This document shows, in pieces, positions 7,714-18,066 of a DNA stretch of 64,000 nucleotides. The stretch lies in IMG/VR virus record IMGVR_UViG_3300037424_001021, positions 1-64,000 of that record; one strand, 5' to 3'. Within the stretch, counting starts at the first letter, position 1. Each line of letters opens with the position of its first letter. The DNA is from a virus (taxonomy: Duplodnaviria > Caudoviricetes). The translations under genes and the position numbers were made by a program. The notes beneath the pieces are model-generated. The model saw nothing but the letters and a program-made list of their open reading frames with translations, did not search any database and had not been told where the DNA came from.

Positions 7714-10700
7714 GTGGCAATAATAGATCTAAATTCCTGCGATAGTGCATGTTTACAATGCATCAAAGCATATAAGAAGAAACATAATCTCCAACTTGGT
7801 GATAAGTTTGAGTTACATTGCAAAGGTATACCAAAAAATTATATACCAGAAACAATTGCTCAAACATTATCTGAAGAAGAAAAATTAACCGCACTAACTC
7901 TCGTAGATCCAGTTGCTTGGGCTGCTAAAAATTTAGATTGGCATTGCGAAGATCCAGATGGTTCGATCTGGAAAAGAAAAAATCCCAATGAATATTTTGA
8001 ATGGGTTAGTACTCATCCAGGAGAAGATATCTGTGGAAAATCCAGATACCATCGATTATATCAAAAAAACCTATTGAGATGTACTAGCAAGTACAAGGTA
8101 GTTCGATGGGGAAGACAATGTTTAACTGGCGATACAGAAGTCTTGCTTTGGAATGGAACTAAAAAACAAATCAAAGATATTTCTATTGGAGATAAGATAT
8201 ATTCACTCGATGAAGAAACTAAAAGAATTAAAGAAGATCTTGTCAAAAATAAATGGATGGCTGGCAAGAAAAAGATTTTTGTAATCAAAACAAAATTCGG
8301 AAAAACAATTAAATGTTCAGATGCGCATAAGTTTTATATAATCAACAATGTTTTAGATAACTATCATAATAAAACTATTGAAACAATGACTCCTAAATGG
8401 TTATCCATCCAAGAAGGACTCAAGTCTGGAGATAAGATTGCAACTCCATATAAAATTCAAAATCGGATACAAGAAGATATTGGGAAATTGGCTCCATTAT
8501 TGGGTTATTTTTTAACAGATGGAAGTTCGTCTAAAAATCAATCTTCCAAATTTACCAATAATGCAGAATTGTACAAAAAAGAGTTTGAAGAATTATGCGA
8601 ATATTTTGGAAGTAAATGCAAATGGTATCCTAAAGGTAAAGGTCATGATCTGATTATCTCTAACGGAAGAGGGCAAAAGAATCCAGTTAGAGACTTACTT
8701 GAAAGACTTGGTTTAATCAATATCACTGGTCCTGAAAAATTTATCCCAGACTGCGTAATGAATTCCACAGACGATAATATTCGTTTATTTTTAAATAGAT
8801 TCTGGGCTGGAGATGGATACATTTCAACCTGGCAAAGAACAGGAAGATCAACTTTTAAAACTGAAATTGGGAATCTTCAAGAAAGTTTGAAGTTAATCCA
8901 GCAATTGAAATTTTTGTTTTTAAGATTTGGTATTCATTCTTATATCAAAAAAGAGGGAAACAACTATAGATTGGTGATTTCTAATAAATTCTCTATACAA
9001 AATTTTCTAAAAGAAATTATAAATATTCCTTTAAAAGTAACTCAAGCAGAATATGCATCTGAAAAGTTATCTTCGATTTCAGATACTTATTTTCTAAAGA
9101 CAGAAGATATTCTTTGGGATTATGTCAAATCTATCGAAGAGATAGAGGAACAAGAGACCTATGATATAGAAACAGAACTAAATCATAATTTTATCGCAAA
9201 TGAATTTATAGTTCATAACAGCGGTAAAAGTGATACCTTAGCAGTTTCGATACTTTATAATATATACGTCAAACCAGGCAAGCCAGAAGAACAAGGTTTT
9301 TCAGTTGTACTGGTTACTCCATATCAAAGTCAAATTGATTTAATTTTCAAACGGCTAGAAGAACTAATCAATTCCAATATAGACTTGAAAAACTCAATTA
9401 AACGCAATGTAAAAGCTCCAAATTACAAAATAGAATTATGGAATGGCTCCACGGTATCTGGGTTCACAGCGGGCACGAAGAGTGGAGGAAATGCAGATGC
9501 AGTTCGTGGTCAACATGCCGATTACCTCCTTTTCGACGAAGGAGATTACTTATCAGCTCAAGATGTAGAATCCGCCCTTTCTGTAACTACCAACTCTCCT
9601 AATGCTTTTGTATGGATGTCCTCAACTCCTACTGGAAAACGCGAGAAATTCTATTCAAATTGCTATTCACGTATGTATCGGGAATTTTATCAAGCAGCTA
9701 CAGATAACCCTCTATGGACTTCTCAAATGGATGCTCATTTTAAAGAGCAAATGACCTCAATTGCCTATGAACATGAAATTCTCGCAAAATTCGGAGAACA
9801 AGAGCAAGGTATATTCCAAAATATTTTTATTCAAGCAGCTAAAGCCAAGTATCAATATAAAGAATATAGATATGATAGCAAATGGATTTATACGATTGGA
9901 GTAGATTGGAACGATATTAAAAATGGTACAACGATTGCAGTAGTTGGATATTCTCCAACTACTAATCATTGGTATCTAATAGACAGAGATATAGTAAGAA
10001 AAGAAGGCTGGACTCAATTAGCAGCTTGTGAACGTATTGCCGAATATAATAGAATTTGGCATCCAGTCGCTATATATGTAGACAAAGGACATGGTGGCGC
10101 TCAATACGAAGTGTTACGAAAATTTGGGTATGATTCAACAATAGATCCTACAAAAGGGCATACTCATCCAGATTCTAAATTGAAAGATATAGTTTTTCAA
10201 TATGATTTTGGTAGTAAAGTCACAATTCACGACTTGTTTACACAAGAAGAAGTAGAAAAACCAGCTAAACCATTTCTTGTAGAAAACACAATGCGGAGAT
10301 TTGAAACTCATAGTTTTAGTTTTCCAGAATCAGACAAATCATTAGAAGCTCAATTATCTGGTTATGTCATTGATCATATTTCTCCATCTGGAACTCCTAC
10401 TTTTAAAGCAGGCAACGAAGAGGCTGGAGACCATTTATTAGATGCAGTTATGCTTGCTTTAGTTGCTTTTACTTTGCAGAAAACTCCATTTGGAATTCCT
10501 GTTTATTTAACAGGAATAACTTTTTCCGGCTTTTTTGGAGAAAAAGTGGAAAGAAATGATCCTGGTAGTATCTTAGTTCCTCGTGACCAAAAGCGAGTTG
10601 AACAAACTAAACGAGAACATCTAAGACCAGAAAATGGGAGAAGTTTTGAAATGGAATCTGCTCCCAGCATTGTAACGTCATCAAGCGATAATCTTCCTGC

Positions 10701-10842
10701 TAGTAATATTAATAAGAATAATGATATAATAAGAACCTGGAGTTGGGATGGATTTATGAGAGATCTACCTCCACCTTCTCCCACAAAAACGCGGTTTAAT
10801 AGAATTGGCAGGTCTGGAAATTCTCGAAGAAAAAATATTTAG
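7714..10842 (+). CDS. terL: Terminase large subunit containing one intein (about 675 aa after splicing)
   Basis: Walker A WGRQ|SGKS interrupted by the intein; Walker B LLFDEGD; motif C SSTP; RNase H-like nuclease motifs IGVDWN, IYVDKG, DHLLDA. GTG start. Confidence 0.92.
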   Translation: MAIIDLNSCDSACLQCIKAYKKKHNLQLGDKFELHCKGIPKNYIPETIAQTLSEEEKLTALTLVDPVAWAAKNLDWHCEDPDGSIWKRKNPNEYFEWVSTHPGEDICGKSRYHRLYQKNLLRCTSKYKVVRWGRQCLTGDTEVLLWNGTKKQIKDISIGDKIYSLDEETKRIKEDLVKNKWMAGKKKIFVIKTKFGKTIKCSDAHKFYIINNVLDNYHNKTIETMTPKWLSIQEGLKSGDKIATPYKIQNRIQEDIGKLAPLLGYFLTDGSSSKNQSSKFTNNAELYKKEFEELCEYFGSKCKWYPKGKGHDLIISNGRGQKNPVRDLLERLGLINITGPEKFIPDCVMNSTDDNIRLFLNRFWAGDGYISTWQRTGRSTFKTEIGNLQESLKLIQQLKFLFLRFGIHSYIKKEGNNYRLVISNKFSIQNFLKEIINIPLKVTQAEYASEKLSSISDTYFLKTEDILWDYVKSIEEIEEQETYDIETELNHNFIANEFIVHNSGKSDTLAVSILYNIYVKPGKPEEQGFSVVLVTPYQSQIDLIFKRLEELINSNIDLKNSIKRNVKAPNYKIELWNGSTVSGFTAGTKSGGNADAVRGQHADYLLFDEGDYLSAQDVESALSVTTNSPNAFVWMSSTPTGKREKFYSNCYSRMYREFYQAATDNPLWTSQMDAHFKEQMTSIAYEHEILAKFGEQEQGIFQNIFIQAAKAKYQYKEYRYDSKWIYTIGVDWNDIKNGTTIAVVGYSPTTNHWYLIDRDIVRKEGWTQLAACERIAEYNRIWHPVAIYVDKGHGGAQYEVLRKFGYDSTIDPTKGHTHPDSKLKDIVFQYDFGSKVTIHDLFTQEEVEKPAKPFLVENTMRRFETHSFSFPESDKSLEAQLSGYVIDHISPSGTPTFKAGNEEAGDHLLDAVMLALVAFTLQKTPFGIPVYLTGITFSGFFGEKVERNDPGSILVPRDQKRVEQTKREHLRPENGRSFEMESAPSIVTSSSDNLPASNINKNNDIIRTWSWDGFMRDLPPPSPTKTRFNRIGRSGNSRRKNI
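8119..9219 (+). mobile_element. Intein with LAGLIDADG homing endonuclease (367 aa) in the TerL Walker A loop
   Basis: Begins CLTGDTEV, ends FIVHN followed by Ser. LLGYFLTDGS and FLNRFWAGDGY motifs. Confidence 0.95.
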
Positions 10843-10851
10843 GAGTAAATC

Positions 10852-11271
10852 GTGGGATTAGGAATATATACAGCTGCAGATGTAAATAGTGCAATTAGTC
10901 TAGGAGATAGAAGTAGTCCTTTGCAAATTGCACTTAATGGAAAAAATGGAGATTCCAAGGAAATTCAATTATTCGTTCGTTCTGATTCAGATATTTTAAC
11001 ATATACATCTATTACTGTTAGACCTGTTCTTTTGACAGGGGATAAAAATCTTATCTCTGGAACTGATTTTTATTGGAAATTAAAAGTTGGAAGTCTTCAG
11101 CCTACATCGTCGGAATGGTCAGTGATTACTGCTGGTAACACTATTGCTATTCCTGATTTGTCAGATTCTGGAACATTTGCAGCCTTTTGGCTAAAAGTAG
11201 TCATTCCAGTTAATGCAACGACAAGTTCGTTTACGCATATTTCGTTACGAATAGAAGCAACTGAAACTTAA
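10852..11271 (+). CDS. Hypothetical beta-rich virion protein
   Basis: 139-aa ORF, GTG start, AGGAG SD, beta-strand-like composition. Confidence 0.6.
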   Translation: MGLGIYTAADVNSAISLGDRSSPLQIALNGKNGDSKEIQLFVRSDSDILTYTSITVRPVLLTGDKNLISGTDFYWKLKVGSLQPTSSEWSVITAGNTIAIPDLSDSGTFAAFWLKVVIPVNATTSSFTHISLRIEATET

Positions 11272-11272
11272 A

Positions 11273-11977
11273 ATGGCAATTAATCTTCCTCTTAAAAGTA
11301 AGAACAAGCTAGAATATCGACCACACATCGAATTTGTTGAGCCTCCGCAAGAGCCAGAAGATCCTCGCCCTGTTCAACAGATTGGAGATGATTTTCCGTT
11401 ACAAAAGCAACAAGATGAATTGTTAAATCTTGTAAATGCAGTAGATGTGCTTGGCGCAGCTTTGCAATCTCGTATTAACGAACGAGCAAAAAATATCAAA
11501 ATCAAATTAGATCCCAATGTAGATGCGCAAGTGATACAAGCGATGTGTAGAATGTTTAGCAAAGATGACGAAAACGATTGTTTTGGAATTCTTGACAATA
11601 ATAACGTATATATTACATATGAACACTATAAACAAGCAAGAGAAACGATTTGTAAATATGGAGCAGATTTAGCGGTAAATATCAAGCCTAAAGATGAAAT
11701 CTTTAATGAATCTGATTTAACAGATGGAAGTTTGCGTCCTGAATTATCTGATAAAGCTCAAGTTGTCGAGCCGTTAGATATGGCTGCTTTTCAGGAAAAT
11801 TTATTTAAATTATTAGTGAGACATATTTGGAAAAATTTTTTTAGAAAACCATTAAAAAAATTACCCGGCATAGGAAGAAAAATTCCAAAACAACTGCCAG
11901 GAACTAAATTAAATAGAAACTTTAAAGCTCAGTTAGAGAAAGCGAAACAACAGGGAGTCAAGGTAATCGGATTATAA
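11273..11977 (+). CDS. Hypothetical protein with a basic amphipathic C-terminus
   Basis: 234-aa ORF coupled to its neighbours; C-terminus LFKLLVRHIWKNFFRKPLKKLPGIGRKIPK. Confidence 0.65.
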   Translation: MAINLPLKSKNKLEYRPHIEFVEPPQEPEDPRPVQQIGDDFPLQKQQDELLNLVNAVDVLGAALQSRINERAKNIKIKLDPNVDAQVIQAMCRMFSKDDENDCFGILDNNNVYITYEHYKQARETICKYGADLAVNIKPKDEIFNESDLTDGSLRPELSDKAQVVEPLDMAAFQENLFKLLVRHIWKNFFRKPLKKLPGIGRKIPKQLPGTKLNRNFKAQLEKAKQQGVKVIGL

Positions 11978-11978
11978 T

Positions 11979-13565
11979 ATGGCAATACCAGCAACATTAC
12001 TGGCAGATTGCCAGATTATTGCAAAAGCTTTTGAACGAGGTTGTAATTTTTCAGCTACAGAAGAAAGTGTTTTTGCTGTGATGGCTCCTTCTATTTGCAC
12101 AATGCGTAATCTTGCTCAGTCCACAGCTTCTTTAATCAAAGAAAATCCAATTATAGAACTTGATAGTGCCAAATCTCTAGTAGAAAGATGGACGCAAGGT
12201 GGATTATCAGGTAGCGATTGTTTACCTTGCGATCTGAGAATTAATTTTAAAGAGCAATTGACATTTGAAGCAACATGGAAAAAGTTATATCAACATTATT
12301 ATGCTTATTTTACTAACGCTATTACACAAATCTTAGCGATGACAAATCTGTTAACTGGTAAAGGTAAAACTACAGACATCTGTCCTTTGATTAAGTTTTT
12401 TAAAGAATTCATGTGCGTGCCTGATTTGCAAAGAATGATCGCTGCATTAACTGCATTGATTATGCAACTAGGTATCGAATTAAGTAGTTTATTTGATTTG
12501 GTTCTTCAATTGGTTGGACCATTAATGATGCCATTTTTGAATGAAATTATTAATCAAATAAATCAATTTTTTCTCACAGCAATTAAGCCATTAGAATGCA
12601 TTATAGGAGTTATTACTTCGCATCTTTCTAAACTAGATTATGGCGCAATTTTTTCAAATCCTACTAATGCTCAAATAAAAGGTACTATTGAAACTGGTAC
12701 AATTACTTTAACAAAAAGCAAAGTAGATTTAAATCCAATTGCAACAAATCAAAATCAAAAAGATCACTTAGCTGTACTCAAGGCAGAAGAAAAATTAATT
12801 AAAATTAAACAAAACTCGAAAAATATAAATATTTCTAATTCATCAGATGTAATTTTACAAAGACAGCAAGAACAACAGTCTCAACAAGAATATCAAGATT
12901 CTCTACGAAATAAAGATCTAACGGCAATAGGTAAAACCAATGAAGAGTTGCATAAGATCCTAGAAACAACTCGCTCTGCTTTATTTAATTTAATTAAATA
13001 TCTTAAAATGGTCATTGATAAATTTAATGCATTTCAAAATATACTAGTTGGAGATTTTATAAAAATGTTAAATACTCTAACAGGAGGAGGAACTGGTTTA
13101 TTAATTCAACTCAATGATAAATTAGCAATAGTTCAGTTAATTACTTTAATAAAAGCTATTATGAATGTTTACAAGAATGGACTTCAATGCGATACAGATG
13201 GAGATAAAAACAATATCATTCCAGTACTTCCTATTCGATCAAATATGGTAGTTTATGAAGACAAAGAAGGTTATATTCATATAGATGAAAATTCCAGTGA
13301 AATAGACGCGGCAATCGATGGAGCAATCAAAGGAATAGGGCGCAATCCCGACAATTTCGATGTAGTTGGTAATGGAGATGTAGCATACCAAAAACTAACG
13401 TCTCTTATTAAGTTAACTGGCAATGAATTGCTGGATTCTGATATTTCCAGAGTGATTGAGTCTTTAGCAAGACCTTCTCGTGTAACATTTAAATGTCCAT
13501 TAGAAACGACAGTTGCTGATGCTGAAAAAGTTAATCAATGGATTTCTGAATTAAATGCGCTATGA
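11979..13565 (+). CDS. Hypothetical helical protein with hydrophobic segments and coiled coils
   Basis: 528-aa ORF between terL and portal; several Cys; hydrophobic helices such as MIAALTALIMQLGIELSSLFDLVLQLVGPLMM. Confidence 0.65.
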   Translation: MAIPATLLADCQIIAKAFERGCNFSATEESVFAVMAPSICTMRNLAQSTASLIKENPIIELDSAKSLVERWTQGGLSGSDCLPCDLRINFKEQLTFEATWKKLYQHYYAYFTNAITQILAMTNLLTGKGKTTDICPLIKFFKEFMCVPDLQRMIAALTALIMQLGIELSSLFDLVLQLVGPLMMPFLNEIINQINQFFLTAIKPLECIIGVITSHLSKLDYGAIFSNPTNAQIKGTIETGTITLTKSKVDLNPIATNQNQKDHLAVLKAEEKLIKIKQNSKNINISNSSDVILQRQQEQQSQQEYQDSLRNKDLTAIGKTNEELHKILETTRSALFNLIKYLKMVIDKFNAFQNILVGDFIKMLNTLTGGGTGLLIQLNDKLAIVQLITLIKAIMNVYKNGLQCDTDGDKNNIIPVLPIRSNMVVYEDKEGYIHIDENSSEIDAAIDGAIKGIGRNPDNFDVVGNGDVAYQKLTSLIKLTGNELLDSDISRVIESLARPSRVTFKCPLETTVADAEKVNQWISELNAL

Positions 13566-13573
13566 TATAAGCA

Positions 13574-15958
13574 ATGAAAACGTTTAAAAATGAAATAGAA
13601 GTAATTCATAAAACTGCAGATGCAGTTCCCGATATTTCGGTAGTAATTCCAAGTGATAAGCCAATTTCCCAACTGCCAAGAGTAGTTAATCCCGCGCTTT
13701 CATATTCAGCAACTAGAGGAAGAGGAAGAGGCAATTTTCTTGAATCCGAGTACGATTTAGCTCAAATTGGTCGCATACGCGACACAGAGAGTTATGTTAG
13801 TCAAGCGTTTGATAAAAAAGTTGCTTTAATGTTTAAAGAAGGATTTACTTTTGTAGGTAAAAATCCTAAAACAATTAAATATATTAAACAACGTTTTGCT
13901 CAAATTGCTCGCGCTAGTGGAGTTTCGACAATAGAACTATTGCGAAATTTAGGTTCTAATTTAATTCAAAAATCTAATGCCTTTCTTGTCAAAGTTCGAA
14001 AAGAAGAAGCTTCCGGTGGAAAAATCCATAGAGATTTTATTTTCAATAAAGAGCTAAAACCAATTGCCGGTTATTTCCCTATTCCTGCTGAAACTATGAA
14101 TGTCGATCAAGAAGGTTATAAAATTCGCAAATGGGAACAGAAATTACCAGATGGCTATTATAAAGATTTCATGCCAGAAGATATTATTCATATTCATTTT
14201 AATCGCAAAGATGGATTTATTTTTGGAACGCCAACTTTAATTCCAGTAATTGATGATATTAGGGCATTACGTAAAATTGAAGAAAATATAGAATTACTGA
14301 TTTATCAAAACTTATTTCCTCTTTTTCAGTTCAAAGTAGGCACCGATGCCAGACCAGCCGGTTTAACAGAAACAGGCGAAAGAGAAATTGATGTTATTCG
14401 TCGAGAGATTCAGTATATGCCTTCAGAAGGTGGCATTGTTACAGATCATCGTTCGGATATTCAAGTGATAGGTGCCGAAGGTAGAGCACTGAGAGCTGAA
14501 AAATATCTAGAACACTTTAAACGAAGAGTTATTGCAGGTTTAGGCATTTCATCTGTAGACCTAGGTGATGGAGATACGTCTAACAGGTCTACAGCTGATA
14601 ATATGAGTCGCAATCTGATTGATTCAGTCAAAGATTTTCAGCAAATTTTAGAAAGTTGTGTTGACCAATTAATTATCAACGAATTACTGCTTGAATCTAC
14701 TTTCAAAGAAGATGTACTCAATGAAGATAATCAAGTTCATTTAAAATTTAAAGAAATTGATATCACTACTCAAATTAAAAAAGAAGCTCACTACGCAGAT
14801 CAGTTCAATAAAGATATCTTATATCACGACGAAGCTCGTATCTCTATGGGTCGAGAACCTATAGTCATTCCCTCACAAGAAGAACAGGAAAAAGACTTAG
14901 ATTGGGCAAGTAAATATCCAGAATGGGCAAAAATGCGCTGGAAAATGTTTAAAGAACCTGAACTTCTTATTCAAAGTATTGACGAACCATATTCTCTTGC
15001 TGCAAAAGCTGCATTATCTAATCGAAGTGTAGGAATGACTCAAACTGAAGGGACTCGATCAACAAAAGAAACTGCTGCTGCTGAAAAAGCTAAACGTCCT
15101 TCTTCAGCTGCTGGAATTCCTACAAGAACTAAACTAACTAAAAAAGTTTTAAATAAAGACGCCTTTTTATCTGAACATTTTAATTCTATACAAAATGGAA
15201 TTATCACATATTTAAATTATAGACAAGTTTATGACAAAAATTGGATTGACAAGTTATTACAAATTAATTCCGCCCAAATAGCAGAACATATGACTGCCTT
15301 GCAGATGTCTTATTTTAGAAATTCGTATTTAGCTGTAAAAGATAAAATTGATTCAAATTATTTTAGTGCAACTAGAAAAGCTAAAATTCAGTTTGAACAA
15401 AGAAGTAATTTTTATCTTAAAAAGTTAATCAAAGATACAACAGATATCTTGCAAAGACATCTACAAAATGAAACTGAAGTTTCTATTTTAGGAACAAAAG
15501 CGCGAGAAATTTTCGATACATTGCAATTTAGAATTTCTGCAATAGAAGACGTAGAAGTATTAAAAGCTAAAAATTTAGGCACAGTTTTAGCATTACTAAA
15601 TCAAGGAGAGAAAGAAGTTTTTGTTTTATCTACAGATAAAGGATGTTTAACTTGTAAAAATAGATATAATCAATCTGTTTTATTAGATAATATCTTAATG
15701 GAAGATATTCCGCCTTTTCACAACAAATGCGAATGTAGTTTGTCTCGAATACCTAAAATTAAAGACACCCTTGAAAATCAACAAGATATGTTACAATTAA
15801 AACCAGAAGATAAAAAACAAGATTCTTCTGAGGAATGCAAACAAAAACTGATTTTAAAATTAAAAACAAAACATCCAGATTGGAAGCAAAAGAAAATAGA
15901 ATCTCAAGCTGAATTACTATGTGAAGCAATGAAATTATCGGAGGACGAGGAGGAATAA
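13574..15958 (+). CDS. Portal protein with a C-terminal MuF/gp7-like head-morphogenesis domain
   Basis: Position before the protease. Portal-like motifs IIHIHF...GTPTL...IRALRKIEEN...FPLFQFKVG and RRVIAGLG. C-terminal CLTC...IPPFHNKCEC resembles the MuF P-H-x-x-C-R-C motif. Confidence 0.8.
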   Translation: MKTFKNEIEVIHKTADAVPDISVVIPSDKPISQLPRVVNPALSYSATRGRGRGNFLESEYDLAQIGRIRDTESYVSQAFDKKVALMFKEGFTFVGKNPKTIKYIKQRFAQIARASGVSTIELLRNLGSNLIQKSNAFLVKVRKEEASGGKIHRDFIFNKELKPIAGYFPIPAETMNVDQEGYKIRKWEQKLPDGYYKDFMPEDIIHIHFNRKDGFIFGTPTLIPVIDDIRALRKIEENIELLIYQNLFPLFQFKVGTDARPAGLTETGEREIDVIRREIQYMPSEGGIVTDHRSDIQVIGAEGRALRAEKYLEHFKRRVIAGLGISSVDLGDGDTSNRSTADNMSRNLIDSVKDFQQILESCVDQLIINELLLESTFKEDVLNEDNQVHLKFKEIDITTQIKKEAHYADQFNKDILYHDEARISMGREPIVIPSQEEQEKDLDWASKYPEWAKMRWKMFKEPELLIQSIDEPYSLAAKAALSNRSVGMTQTEGTRSTKETAAAEKAKRPSSAAGIPTRTKLTKKVLNKDAFLSEHFNSIQNGIITYLNYRQVYDKNWIDKLLQINSAQIAEHMTALQMSYFRNSYLAVKDKIDSNYFSATRKAKIQFEQRSNFYLKKLIKDTTDILQRHLQNETEVSILGTKAREIFDTLQFRISAIEDVEVLKAKNLGTVLALLNQGEKEVFVLSTDKGCLTCKNRYNQSVLLDNILMEDIPPFHNKCECSLSRIPKIKDTLENQQDMLQLKPEDKKQDSSEECKQKLILKLKTKHPDWKQKKIESQAELLCEAMKLSEDEEE

Positions 15959-18037
15959 ATGCCTTTTATTATTCAAGATGATTATAAATTGACTTTTTCT
16001 GATAAAGAAATTCAGAGAGTTAAAGACACTTATGTAGCAAATCCTTCTAATGGAATTTTCGTTAGAATTCAGGCAACACATGCGGGATTAGTCAATCGCA
16101 ATAATTTTTTCTATCTTCCTGATAAGATGAAAGATAGTGTAGGTTCATTTTTAACTCCTTTTGCCAAACCAATTCTTGTTAACCATAACGAAGAAGGTGA
16201 ACCTATTGGCAGAGTTGTTGCTGCTAAATATGTAGATACTTCTTTATCTTTAAAAGATGGAGTTAGCGAATTAGTCGATAAATTTAGTTTAGTTGATAAA
16301 GAATTTCGTAATTTTATTACTGGAGAAATGTCTTTAGATGATCAAGTAAAATATATTAGCGATACACTTTACGACAAGATGTTGAGTGATCCTAATTTTA
16401 CAGGTTTAGGTTATGCTGAAATTGTCGCGCATATCACAGATGCTGCCGCCATTGAAAAATTCCTTGATGGGCGGTATTTGACTGGCTCTGTATCTGCAAG
16501 CACAGATAAAGCAATTTGTTCAGTATGTAAAGAAGATTGGTCAGAAGGGCGATGTGACCATTCTCCTGGCAAGTTATATGACAAAAAGAAAATGTTTTTG
16601 ATTGCTGGAAAATTTGGTTATGAACATTGGGCAGTTGTGAATACTCCCGCAGATGGTCATTCTAAAGCTACTGAAGTTTCAAGTGTTCCATTGAACGATG
16701 CGGTAGATACTGCTCAATATACACTTCAAGATATTAGTGTAGAATTATTAAATAGTTATTCCGAAGAGGGAGAGACAGAAATGAAGATTGAAGATTCAGA
16801 AAAAACAGTACAAAATAATCAAGTAACTTCAGAACTTGTTCCAGAACAAATTCCTGAAGTTCAAGTACAAGATGAATCTTTTGATGACTTTTTAACTCGT
16901 GTTTTAGACAAAACATCTAAATTAACAGATGAAGATTTAGAAAAAGTCTACCAACTAATGCTAGATGCAATGAAAGAAATTGAATTAGAAGAACAGGTCA
17001 TTGCAGATGCAAAATTAACAACCGAAAAACGGAAAAGTCTGGCAAAATCAACTTTCTGTGGCCCTGGCAAAAGTTTTCCAGTCCCAGATTGTGCGCATGT
17101 AGTAGCAGCTCGTAAACTGATTGGGCGTTACAAAGGTCCAGGAGACAAAGAAGCAATTCTTGCCTGCGTGTCTCGTAAAGCAAAGTCAATGGGCTGTGAT
17201 AAAGAAAAAATGAAAGATGCCATTCAAGAACCAACTCAAGCAGAGATTCTTCAAACTCAAACTCAAGATGGAATGACGCATGTCAATGTACTTTCTCAAC
17301 TTCTTGAAATAGTCAGAAGTCAACAATGGGCATCAATGGAACATAAACCTTTAACTGAAGAACAAATGGGAATGCTCCAGGAATTGATTTCTGCAATAGC
17401 TCAATTGGCAACAGTAGAAGAAGTTGCCGATGCTGTTCTTTCCGAAAAAGGTGGATTATCTCAGATCCTTTCAGATAAACTAGAATCATCGTTATTAGAT
17501 GAAGTAGTAAAATTAGAAACTTCTCTTGGAGAAGTTAGAGATGAATTTGAAAAATCCAAAGTAGAGGTAGAAACTTTAAAAGATGAAATAAAAGTAATTT
17601 CACAAGAAACAGAAATTCTTAGAGATTCTACTGTTCAAGCTAAAACTCAGTATCGAGAAATACGAGCTGATTATTTAACTCTTCTTAGATCTCTTAAAGA
17701 TCATTCTCTTATCAAAAGAGAAGATCTTATGAATCTTGAAGATAGTGCATTAAACTCAGAACTCGATTCCTTGGTTAAAGAATTAGATTTATTGAAAATA
17801 GTAGAAAAACTTGACGATGGAATGGCAAGAAATCCAACAGGTACTGTAGAAAATCCTATTCAAATAGTTGACAATTCTAAAGAAAATGCGACGATTACAG
17901 TGGAAGGAGTTGCAAAAGAACTCCGACATATAGAGGAAACTTTTATAGCAATGTCTCTCAAAAATTCCATATCTGCTAATAATTATCTTGCAAAAGAAAT
18001 GGCAAGAATGAAAAAAGAAGGAAAGTTACCTAATTAA
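15959..18037 (+). CDS. Prohead protease fused to an acidic coiled-coil scaffold
   Basis: ATHAG, KPILVNH...PIGRV, FLDGRYLTGSVS and CSVC...CDH motifs in the N-half; acidic coiled-coil C-half; directly upstream of the head genes. Confidence 0.8.
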   Translation: MPFIIQDDYKLTFSDKEIQRVKDTYVANPSNGIFVRIQATHAGLVNRNNFFYLPDKMKDSVGSFLTPFAKPILVNHNEEGEPIGRVVAAKYVDTSLSLKDGVSELVDKFSLVDKEFRNFITGEMSLDDQVKYISDTLYDKMLSDPNFTGLGYAEIVAHITDAAAIEKFLDGRYLTGSVSASTDKAICSVCKEDWSEGRCDHSPGKLYDKKKMFLIAGKFGYEHWAVVNTPADGHSKATEVSSVPLNDAVDTAQYTLQDISVELLNSYSEEGETEMKIEDSEKTVQNNQVTSELVPEQIPEVQVQDESFDDFLTRVLDKTSKLTDEDLEKVYQLMLDAMKEIELEEQVIADAKLTTEKRKSLAKSTFCGPGKSFPVPDCAHVVAARKLIGRYKGPGDKEAILACVSRKAKSMGCDKEKMKDAIQEPTQAEILQTQTQDGMTHVNVLSQLLEIVRSQQWASMEHKPLTEEQMGMLQELISAIAQLATVEEVADAVLSEKGGLSQILSDKLESSLLDEVVKLETSLGEVRDEFEKSKVEVETLKDEIKVISQETEILRDSTVQAKTQYREIRADYLTLLRSLKDHSLIKREDLMNLEDSALNSELDSLVKELDLLKIVEKLDDGMARNPTGTVENPIQIVDNSKENATITVEGVAKELRHIEETFIAMSLKNSISANNYLAKEMARMKKEGKLPN

Positions 18038-18066
18038 GGTTAATAACATAGGAGGAATGCTTAAAA

